Positions 51,001 through 64,000 of a stretch of 64,000 nt of DNA are shown piece after piece (the first letter of the stretch is position 1; every line of letters begins with the position of its first letter). The translations under genes and the position numbers were made by a program. Below the pieces are notes generated by a model, which was given only the letters and a program-made list of their open reading frames with translations, searched no databases and was not told where the DNA came from. The stretch is from Dictyostelium discoideum (taxonomy: Eukaryota). The stretch is taken from positions 1,184,001 through 1,248,000 of the forward strand of contig CM000152.2 of the NCBI GenBank assembly GCA_000004695.1, given 5' to 3'.

Positions 51001-51140
51001 ATTGGAATATCATCACTATCACTATCACTATCTGATTGTTGTTGACCTTTTTTATGAAGTTTTTCTGCTTCTTCACGATCTTTATCAGCTTCACCACTAT
51101 CCCAATAATTATCTTTTCTAACTCTTTGTTTTGGACCCAT
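48003..51140 (-). CDS. eif5b: Translation initiation factor eIF5B (IF2 homolog), single exon, 1045 aa.
   Basis: The GTPase domain shows '[39 protein letters not shown]', '[11 protein letters not shown]' and 'IVALNKVDR'. The beta-barrel domains II to IV follow. The N-terminal 450 aa are acidic, Ser/Lys-rich tandem repeats. Confidence 0.9.
   Translation of the reverse strand: [1045 protein letters not shown]
50560..50960. repeat. Intragenic tandem repeat of about 142 bp in roughly 2.7 copies within the eIF5B N-terminal region.
   Basis: The unit 'gcagctggttttgatggtttcttttt..tcttcagatgat..tcttcagattctgattcactctcttc..tgatgatgat..tctacaactggtttctttttattatt..ggttggtgctac.tt.tttgattgttt' recurs at about 50601, 50746 and 50891. 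It encodes the repeated '[43 protein letters not shown]' units of eIF5B. Confidence 0.85.
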
Positions 51141-51717
51141 TTTTATTATTTATTTCTTAATTAATTCTAATTTCAATTTGAATTTTAATTTAAATTTTTG
51201 AGGAAAAAAAAAAAAAAAAATTTAATAAATATATATTTATTATTATTATTATTATTATTACTACTATTATTATTTAATTTTTTTATTGTGTGTGAATTAT
51301 ATTTATATGATTACATGAATATAATAATAATAATAATAATAATAAAAACTTTACACTTTATTACTTTATTAATTATTTATTTTATTTAGGTGTTTTAATT
51401 TTCTTTTTTCTTATTGTTTTATTTATGGATAATAAAAACATATATGAATTGTTATAAAATTAAAATTATTTTTATATAAATTATAAAAATATTTGTTTTT
51501 TTTGAAACTTTAGTATTAATTGATTGAAGGTTTTTAAAAAAAAAAAAAAATATAAAATAACTTTTAAACTCTTTTTTTTTTTTATTTATCTTTTTTTTCA
51601 CACTAAAAACAACACACAAAAATTAAAAAAGAAAAAAAAAAAAAAAAATTGAAAATTTAAAAATTTTTTCGTTTTTTTTTCTCAAACCCGAACAAAATGA
51701 AAACAAATTTTGAGCTT

Positions 51718-51752
<35 letters not shown>

Positions 51753-51983
51753 AAAAAAAAAACTGGAATTTGAATTTTAAATTAAATATATGAATTAATA
51801 ACAGTAATTTTATTTATATTTTATTTAAATAAAAATTAAAAAAATTAAAAATTAATTTTTTTAATTAAAAAAATAAAATAAAATAAATATAAAAACTACT
51901 AGTAGTTTTTTTTTCTTTTTTTAAAATTTAATTTCTTTTTTTTTTATTTTTTTTTTTTAATTTAAAAAATAAATACAACATAA

Positions 51984-53920
<1,937 letters not shown>

Positions 53921-54099
53921 AATGAAAAATAAAAAAATAAAAAAAATAAAAAAAAAAGATAAAAATAGAATAATAAAAAAAAAAGATTTATTTTTTCAAA
54001 TTGTTGAAATTAACACAGATATCTATGTTAATTTTCCTAATTTTTCTTTTTCATAATTTTTTTTTTTTTTATTTTTTCATTTTTTCATTTTTTCATTTT

Positions 54100-54137
<38 letters not shown>

Positions 54138-54182
54138 CCAAAAGTTATAGCAAATACTATAATAATAAAAATTTAAATAAAG

Positions 54183-56456
54183 ATGAATCAAAATAGAACG
54201 GGTGGAGTATCAAAAGTTAAAAATAAATCGGCAGCACCAGTTCAAATTACAGCAGAACAAATTTTAAGGGTAGCACATGAAAATCAACAAACTTTACCAA
54301 AAGCACCACCAAAACAAGTTATAACGGACCAAGAAGAATTAGAAGATTATAGATTAAGAAAAAGACAACAATATGAATCATTACTTGGTAGAAATCGAAA
54401 GACAGCAGCAATCTATATAAAATATGCGGCATGGGAAGAATCACAAAAGGATTTAACACGTGCAAGATCAGTATTTGAACGTTTCTTAGATATTGATCAC
54501 CGTATTCCAACGGTTTGGATTAAATATGCAGAGATGGAAATGAAAAATAAAAATATAAATTTAGCTAGAAATATTTGGGATAGAGCAGTTTGTTTATTAC
54601 CAAGAGTTTCACAACTTTGGTTTAAATATACTTTTATGGAAGATATGTTGGGTAATTATCCAGCTGCTCGTGCAATCTTTGAACGTTGGATGCAATGGAA
54701 ACCTGAACCACAAGCTTGGAATTCTTATTTAAAATTTGAACAAAGATTAAAATTATTTGAAAATACAAGATTAATTTTTGAAAAATGTAAGTTATATATA
54801 ATAATAATAAACCAATAACAACAAATAATAGTTCAAATTATTTATTTTCTTTTATTTTTAAAAAAATTATATAGATATATTAGTACATCCATATATTAAA
54901 ACTTGGATAAAATATACAAAATTTGAAGAAAGATTAGGTAATATTGAAAATGCAAGAACTATATTTCAAAGAGCAATTGAATTTTTAGGTGAAGATGGTA
55001 ACGATGAACAATTATTTATTGCATTTGCAAAGTTTGAAGAGAAATATAAAGAGATTGAAAGAGCAAGAGTCATTTATAAATATGCAATTGATCATGTACC
55101 AAAGAGTAGAGCAAAAGATTTATTTGATACTTTTACAAATTTTGAAAAACAACATGGTGATAGAATTGGTATTGAAGATGTTGTTTTAGGTAAAAAAAGA
55201 TTTCAATATGAAGAAGTAAGTAATAATTTAAATTTAAAATTATTATTATTATAAATTATTAATTATTAATTATTATTATATAGGAAATTAAAAAAAATTC
55301 AAAAAATTATGATATTTGGTTCGATTATTTAAAGATGGAAGAAATTAATGGTGAAATTGAAAAAACTAGAGAAATTTATGAGAGATCAATTGGAAATTTA
55401 CCACCAACTAATGAAAAGAAACATTGGAAACGTTATATTTATTTATGGATAAATTATGCATTATTTGAAGAGTTAATATCAAAGGATATGGAACGTGCAA
55501 GATCGGTCTATAGTGAATGTATTAAATTGATACCACATAAAGAGTTTTCATTCTCAAAGATTTGGATTCTATATGCAAATTTTGAAATTCGTCAATTGAA
55601 TTTAGATAAAGCACGTCTAATATATGGTCAAGCGATTGGTAGAAATCCAAAGAGTAAAATATTCGATCAATATATTCATTTAGAGATTGAATTGGGTAAT
55701 TTCGATCGTGTACGTACATTATATGAAAAGTATTTAGAAATTATGCCTGATAATTGTGATGCTTGGTGTAAATTTGCTCAATTGGAAACAGAGTTGGGCG
55801 AAACTGTTCGTGCTAGAGCAATCTTTGAATTGGCAATTCAACAACCAAATTTAGATAGACCTGAAGTGGTTTGGAAAGATTTTATAGATTCAGAAATTCA
55901 ATTAAAACAATTTGATTTCGTTAAACAATTATATCGTAAATTATTAGAGAAAACTAATCATGTTAAAGTTTGGATTGGTTTCATTAAATTTGTACATTCA
56001 ATAAAAGATAAACAACAACAAAAACAACGACAACAACAACAAGAGGAAGATGGTGATTCAAATACTACTAAAAAAGATGGTGGTGATGATGATAATAATG
56101 ATGATATTAATAAACCAACTAGGGAAATTTTCATTGAAGCTCATAAATCATTATCAAACTCTGATAAAGAGGAGAGATTATTATTATTGGAAAGTTGGAA
56201 AGAATTTGAACAAACATTTGGTAATCAAGAAACTTTGAATCAAGTCCTTAAAAAGATTCCACAAAGAGTTATCAAAAGAAGAAGTGATGGTAATGGTGGT
56301 ATTGAAGAATATTTCGATTATATCTTCCCTGAAGAAGAAAAATCAACTCAAACCTCTTTGAAATTATTAGAAGCTGCTCAAAGATGGAAGAAATTAAAAC
56401 AGCAACAAGAATTACAAAAACAACAAGAATTACAAAAACAACAACAAGATTCTTAA
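54183..56456 (+). CDS. crnkl1: Crooked neck-like pre-mRNA splicing factor (CRNKL1/Clf1/Syf3, HAT repeats). Exons 54183..54786, 54875..55215, 55284..56456.
   Basis: HAT repeats are collinear with human CRNKL1: 'AWEESQKDLTRARSVFERFLD', 'WIKYAEMEMKNKNINLARNIWDRA', '...YILVHPYIKTWIKYTKFEE...LFIAFAKFEEKYKEIERARVIYKYA', 'HWKRYIYLWINYALFEEL' and 'EEYFDYIFPEE'. Donors are T|GTAAGT at 54787 and GAA|GTAAGT at 55216. Acceptors are atAG at 54874 and tatAG at 55283. Phases are 1, 0, 0. Confidence 0.85.
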
Positions 56457-56477
56457 AAAAAAAAAAAAAATTAAAAT

Positions 56478-56508
<31 letters not shown>

Positions 56509-56642
56509 AAGTTTTAAAATTCTTTATCTGGAAATAATTAAAATCCAATCCAATTTTTTTATTATTTTTTTTTTAAATTATTATTAGAAATGTTTATCTT
56601 TAGACCAAAAGAAAAAAAAAGCTTTTTAAGTTTTGTTGGACG

Positions 56643-56682
<40 letters not shown>

Positions 56683-56716
56683 CAATGACATTAATAATTA
56701 GTTTTGAAAAAAAAAA

Positions 56717-58542
<1,826 letters not shown>

Positions 58543-58781
58543 ACAGTTGGAAATAACAAAAGTGGAATTGAAAAAAATAAAAAAAAAAAACCCTTTTTCT
58601 TCTTCTCCCAACATTACCTTTGAAATAATCACGTCTTTCACTCAAAATATATTTTATTTTCCCTTCCGCAATATAACATTTAAAATCCTTTCAAAATATT
58701 AAAAAAATTATTAAAATATTAAATAAAATTTATTTTATTAAAAGTTTATCTCTTCATCAGGATAAATAAAGGATAAAGGGG

Positions 58782-58816
<35 letters not shown>

Positions 58817-59061
58817 GAAATTAAAAATAAGACACTGTTGTGAAAAAAAAAAAAATTATTTCGAAAATTTTTTATATTTATAAAATTTCATCACTTCCAT
58901 TGTGGATCATTTGATAAAAATAATTAATCGAAATAATCACCCGTTTTTTTTTGTACATATAATTCCAACACCCAAAATAATATAAATATATATAAATTAA
59001 ATTAGATTAAATCAAATCAAATCAAAATCAAATATAATAAAATAAAATAAAATAAAATAAA

Positions 59062-59559
59062 ATGGTAAATTATCTTATGTATATTTTTTTTTTTTTTTTT
59101 TACATAGAATAAAATAGAAGCATTAGTACCAAAAGCTTTTTATATAAAAAGTGGGATCAATAAAACTAATCTTTTTTTTTTTTATTTACATAGAGCAAAA
59201 TAGAAGCATTAGCACCAAAACCTTTTTTATATGATTTAAAAGGTAAAAAGATAGCAGTTCGTTTAAAGTGGGGTGGTATGGAATATCGTGGTATTTTAGC
59301 ATCAGTTGATAGTTATATGAATTTACAAGTATGATTCAAACTTTATTTATTCATTTTTTCAATATTATTATAATATCTATATAATACTAATTTAATTTCT
59401 ATTTTTAATTTTAATTTTTAGTTAGCAGCAACAGAAGAATGGATAGATGGCGCAAATAAAGGTCCATTAGGTGAAGTTTTAATTAGATGTAATAATGTTT
59501 TATTTGTTAGAGGAATTGATGACGAGCAACAACAATCACAACAACAACAACAAGAATAA
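59062..59559 (+). CDS. snrpF: Small nuclear ribonucleoprotein SmF. Exons 59062..59064 (ATG only), 59194..59328, 59422..59559.
   Basis: The spliced product '[46 protein letters not shown]|[38 protein letters not shown]...' is near-identical in register to human SmF '[70 protein letters not shown]'. Donors are ATG|GTAAAT and CAA|GTATGA. Acceptors are catAG at 59193 and tttAG at 59421. Confidence 0.75.
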
Positions 59560-59678
59560 ATTTAAATAATATCAATAATAATAGATAGTAATACTTTAAT
59601 GGGTTTTTTTATTTATTTTATTTTATTTCATTTCATTTCATTTCATTTTATTTTTTATTTATTTTATTTTATTTTATT

Positions 59679-60853
59679 TTATTTATCTCTTTTATAAATT
59701 TTTGATAATATTTTTAAAAATACGCTTGGAGGTAAATAAATACAAGTGGTTTTAATTTTATCTATTAAAAAATTGTAACTTGTATTTTCATAATCTTTGA
59801 AAATTTTTTCAAGATTAATTTCTTTATAAATCTTTTTTACAATTTCAACATCAGTTGGATTATCGAAACCATAATGTTTTTTTAATAAATTGATTTGGTC
59901 TGGAGTACCATTGAGAATTGCTTGACAAATCATCCATGAACATTTATTCTCTTCAATATCTCTACCGATTTTACCAAATACTTCTGGTGAACCATAACAA
60001 TCTAAGAAATCATCTTGAACTTGAAAATATACACCCATTGGTAATAAAATATCTTTTGCTGTTGTAAATGCTTGTTCATGGTTTATTTTGGACATTAACA
60101 TTGCTAGTGCAACTGGAAAAAAAAATGAATAATATGCTGTTTTATATTCAGTAATTCTAGTATGACTATAAAAAATAAAATTAATTAATCACACAGACAC
60201 ACATATGTTAATTAAATCTAAAACATATTAATAATAATAAAAATAATAATAATAATTATAAATACAAACTTTTTTAAATTAATTGATGAGAAATCACCTC
60301 TAATTGGTTGAGTTGTTAAATCTAATAATTGACCTAATTGAGTTTGAAATCCGGTTTTATGGAATAATTCTACAATATTTAAATAGTAGGATTCATTTTT
60401 AAAGTATTTTTCAAGTAAAATAAAAACACATGATTCAATTATAAAGGAATCATTAATTGCAGCTAAACCAACTTCTTGATCAGAGTTTGGTCTCTTTTGT
60501 TTATACCAACATGGTTTACCCCTTCTTTTTAGTGACTGATCCATTATATCATCAGAGACCAAATAGCATGCTTGAAATATTTCAACACACCAACCCAATG
60601 TTTGGGCTTGGAAAATTTCATGTCTTGTTAGAGCTCTACCTTCATTTAATGATTCCAATGATTCAAGTACACTAATTCCTCTATTCATTTTTCCACCTGT
60701 TGAATTTGCTTTTATCACGGTTTCAATCCAGTGGATTGATTCTTTTGGAAAATCAATCTTTTCCAATTCCTTTTTAATTTCATTTAATAAAATTGGGAAC
60801 AAATTAGCAAATTCTTCCAAAACTTCTTTATCATTCTTTTTCAAATTATTCAT
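59679..60853 (-). CDS. Farnesyl diphosphate synthase (polyprenyl synthetase), paralog A. Exons on the minus strand: 60853..60270 and 60165..59679.
   Basis: The first Asp-rich motif is 'LGWCVEIFQACYLVSDDIMDQSLKRRGKPCWY' and the second is 'FQVQDDFLDCYG'. 'GKIGRDIEENKCSW' and the C-terminus 'KIYKRDK' fit the FPPS consensus. Donor AA|GTTTGT is at 60269 (phase 2) and acceptor tatAG at 60166. The junction reads '...[33 protein letters not shown]...'. Confidence 0.8.
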
Positions 60854-60920
60854 TTCTTTTTTAAAAAGATAATCTATAAAAAATAAAAAATAAAAAATAA
60901 TAATGATAATTATTATAAAT

Positions 60921-60923
60921 AAA

Positions 60924-60966
<43 letters not shown>

Positions 60967-60980
60967 TAATAATAATAATG

Positions 60981-61041
<61 letters not shown>

Positions 61042-61050
61042 AAATAGAAA
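60921..61050. repeat. (AAT)n intergenic microsatellite between the two FPPS paralogs.
   Basis: A near-perfect AAT run of about 43 units. Confidence 0.9.
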
Positions 61051-61342
61051 TGATAAAAAAAAATAAGAAATTTAAAGAAAATGAAAATAAATAATTTTTA
61101 ATGCAATTGTAAAAAAAATAATTAAATGTGGATTTAATATTTTATTTTTTTATTTTTTTTATTAGGTGGTATTAATATATAATTAATATTATCCGATAAT
61201 TATTTTTTTAAAAAAAATCTTAATGTGGTTAAAAAGGTTTGTTGTATATAATAATAAGTTTTATTATTATTTGGTAGTTATTGTAATTGAGAATTACTGA
61301 CAGGACTTACTTGTGGGATGACAATATAACCTTTAACAGACT

Positions 61343-61377
<35 letters not shown>

Positions 61378-61548
61378 TCAGTCAAAAAAATTTGGAAATA
61401 ATCACAACAGTTTAAAATTTAATTTTTGTAATTATTATTTTTTTTTTAATTATTTTTTAATTTTATTGTATTGTTATTATTATTATTATTATTTTTTTTT
61501 TTTAAAAAAAAAATTTAAATATTTTTAAAATAGAAAATAAAAAAAAAT

Positions 61549-62725
61549 TTATAAATCTCTTTTATAAATCTTTGATAATAATTTAATGAAAACTTCTTGT
61601 GGCATAATTCTAACTGATTTGATCTTACTGATAAGGAAAGCATAGGATTCATCTTCATAATCTTTGAAGATCTTTTTGAGACCAATTTCACCATAAATCT
61701 TTTTAACTAATTCTACATCAGTTGGATTATCGAGACCATAATGTTTTTTTAATAAATTGATTTGTTCTGGTGTACCATTGAGAATTGCTTGACAAATCAT
61801 CCATGAACATTTATTCTCTTCAATATCTCTACCAATTTTACCAATAACAGCTGGTGAACCATAACAATCTAAGAAATCATCTTGAACTTGGAAGAATTCA
61901 CCCATTGGTAATAAAATATCTTTTGCTGTTGAAAATGCTGGTGTACTAGTAATACCTGCCATTAACATTGCTAATGCAACTGGTAAATAAAATGAATAAT
62001 ATGCAGTTTTATATTTAACAATACGACGATAACTTTTAAATAAAAAAAAAAATATATTAGTATTTTGTATATATAATAAATATTTAATATATATATATAT
62101 ATATATATAATCTAAAAATATATATTTACGTATTTAAAGTGAATAATGAGAAATCACCTCTATTTGGTTGAGTTGTTAAATCTAATAATTGACCTAATTC
62201 AGTTTGATAAGATGTTTCATGGAAAATATCTAAGATATCAGCATAGTATGGTTCATTTCTAAAGTATTTTTTAATGAGGATATAGATGCAAGATTCCAAG
62301 ATGAAAGAATCATTAATTGCAATTGAACCAATGGTACCATTGTTTGAGATTGGATTTGCTTGTCTATACCAACATGGTTGACCTCTACGAGTGATCGATT
62401 GATCCATAATATCATCAGCAACTAAAAAGAATGCTTGAAGCCATTCGACACACCAACCTAAAACATTTGCTAAAAAGATTTCGCTACGTGATAATTGACG
62501 ACCTTCAACTAATAATTGAAGTGAGTGGAGTACGGTGAGACCACGATTCATTTTACCACCTGAAACATTAACATTGATCATCTTTTCAACCCATGCAATT
62601 GTTTGTGGTGGCATGTCCATACCTGGTAATTCCTTTAAGATTTCATTGGTTAAAATTGGGAAAATCTCCACAAAATCTGCTAATTCTTCTTTTGCTGTCT
62701 TTATTGGTGCTGATGTTTGGTTCAT
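61549..62725 (-). CDS. Farnesyl diphosphate synthase, paralog B, the second member of the tandem pair. Exons on the minus strand: 62725..62130 and 62032..61549.
   Basis: 'MNQTSAPIKTAKEELADFVEIFP...' aligns with the mature N-terminus of human FPPS ('MNGDQNSDVYAQEKQDFVQHF'). It carries 'LGWCVEWLQAFFLVADDIMDQSITRRGQPCWY' and 'FQVQDDFLDCYG'. Donor AC|GTAAAT is at 62129 and acceptor aaAG at 62033. The junction reads '...[34 protein letters not shown]...', collinear with human 'RYKSIVKYKTAFYSFYLP'. The intron position matches paralog A. Confidence 0.8.
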
Positions 62726-63145
62726 GTTTAATTCTAAATATAAAAACAAATATAAAAATATAGAATAAAAAAATAAAAAATAAAAAAAAATAAAAAAATA
62801 AAAAATTGTTTTTTTTTTTTTTAAACAATTAAACAATTTAAAAAAAGAAGGGGTTTTTAAATGGGATAAAAAAAAAAAAAATAAAAAAAAAAATAAAAAT
62901 TTATAAAAAAAAAAATGGGTTAATATTTTTGAGTTAAGGCACAACACAATACAAATAAGGTTATGTAAGTAACATAATAAAAAAAATAAATAAATAAAAA
63001 AAAACAATAAATTTTTTTTTTAACAAAAGAAAATAAAAATAAAAAAATTAAAAATAAAAATTTTATGATTATTAATTTTTTTTTTTTTTTTTTTTTTATA
63101 ATTTAATTAAAAATAGAAAATCTATTAATAGTTTATAATACAAAC

Positions 63146-63206
63146 CTGAAGTTGGAGCTAAGTGTTCAGATATCATAGCAGCTCTTTGGAGTGATTGGTT
63201 GTTCAT
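63146..63206 (-). CDS. Candidate alternative or upstream coding exon (20 codons plus 1 nt), possibly an N-terminal extension of FPPS paralog B.
   Basis: A roughly 45% GC island in the AT desert reads 'ATGAACAACCAATCACTCCAAAGAGCTGCTATGATATCTGAACACTTAGCTCCAACTTCAG' (MNNQSLQRAAMISEHLAPTS) and is followed by a GTTTGT donor. An acceptor tatttAG at 62735-62734 would join it in frame (G+AA) to '...LNMNQTSAPIK' of FPPS-B. There is no other downstream exon candidate before FPPS-B. Confidence 0.3.
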
Positions 63207-63274
63207 TTGTTATTTATGACAATCGTCTATTTTTTCAAAACGTGATAAAAACAAAAATAAAAAAAAAAAAATCA

Positions 63275-63318
<44 letters not shown>

Positions 63319-63335
63319 AAAAAATGAAAAAAAAT

Positions 63336-63367
<32 letters not shown>

Positions 63368-64000
63368 TAAAATAAAATAAAGGTTTCCCACTTATCAATG
63401 ATTGAAAGTTATTTGTTCTATTTTTATTTATTTTTATTCATTTTTTTATTTTTTATTTTTTATTTTTTTATGTTCTGTTTTAAATTTAATTTAAAAAATA
63501 AACCAATTATGATAATTGTAGACTCCAATTTTATTTTGAATTAATTTTTTAATTTTTTTTTTTGAAAACACACAATTTTGAATTTCCCGCTTTTTTTTCA
63601 CAGTTATAATTTGAAAAAAATGTTTTTATTTTTTTCTTTTTTTTTTTAATTAAATTAATTTTTTTCTTTTTTTTTTTTAATATTTTTTTTTCTTATTCTA
63701 ATTTTTTTTTTTTTTTTTTTTTTTTTTTCTCTATAATTAATTAAACTGAATATCAATCTATATATTAATTTTTAACAAACAAATAAACAAAAAAAAAATA
63801 AAAATAAAAATAAAAAAAAAAAAAAAATAATAAATTAATAAATTAATTGGAAAAAAAAAAAAAAAAAAAAAAAGAAATAATAAATCGGAACATGTAAGTT
63901 ATACAACACTTTATCAATTTTAATTTTTTTTTTTTTTTTTCCTATATAAACATATAAATACATAGATGGGATTCGAAGTTAACTTTTTTTTTTTTTTTTT

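Noticed and set aside
63955-63985. 'gggattcgaag' near the window end resembles a tRNA B-box (GGTTCGA).
   Set aside because: No A-box, acceptor stem or cloverleaf-compatible flanking sequence is present and the surroundings are pure A/T. No tRNA-like structure was found anywhere in the window.

Overview
This is eukaryotic nuclear DNA, not prokaryotic. It is extremely AT-rich (intergenic and intron sequence above 85% A+T), the coding regions carry long (AAT)n and (CAA)n codon repeats that encode poly-Asn and poly-Gln tracts, and introns are short (70-140 nt) with GTAAGT/GTATGT/GTAAAT donors, TACTAAC-like branch points and A-rich acceptors. All of this fits a social amoeba (Dictyostelium-type) chromosome arm. 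I found no CRISPR array, rRNA or tRNA, and no obvious mobile element. The window is gene-dense: about 25 protein-coding genes on both strands. Most are recognisable housekeeping genes: an inositol hexakisphosphate kinase, a DEN1/SENP8-like NEDD8 protease, RAD18, LUC7, a DUS1-like tRNA-dihydrouridine synthase, Tom40, a SUV3 helicase, an RGS-domain kinase, eIF5B, B3GNTL1, Crooked neck, ADAT1, SmF and two tandem farnesyl-diphosphate synthases. Exon-intron models were built by hand from the ORF track plus splice-site consensus. The track treats TTG and GTG as start codons, so several listed M residues are not real starts. The most unusual gene is a roughly 2,200-aa type-I membrane protein (13002-19965) that joins two glycosyltransferase domains to IPT/TIG, PKD/REJ-like repeats, a GPS autoproteolysis motif and an IQ-containing tail. 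Other points worth follow-up are: a tandem FPPS pair with a candidate in-frame alternative 5' exon, two same-strand ORFs abutting as TGA-A-ATG, an SmF gene with an ATG-only first exon and a duplicated decoy acceptor in intron 1, an 18-bp inverted repeat hairpin at 45.7-45.9 kb, and C-rich or GT-rich islands embedded in AT deserts.
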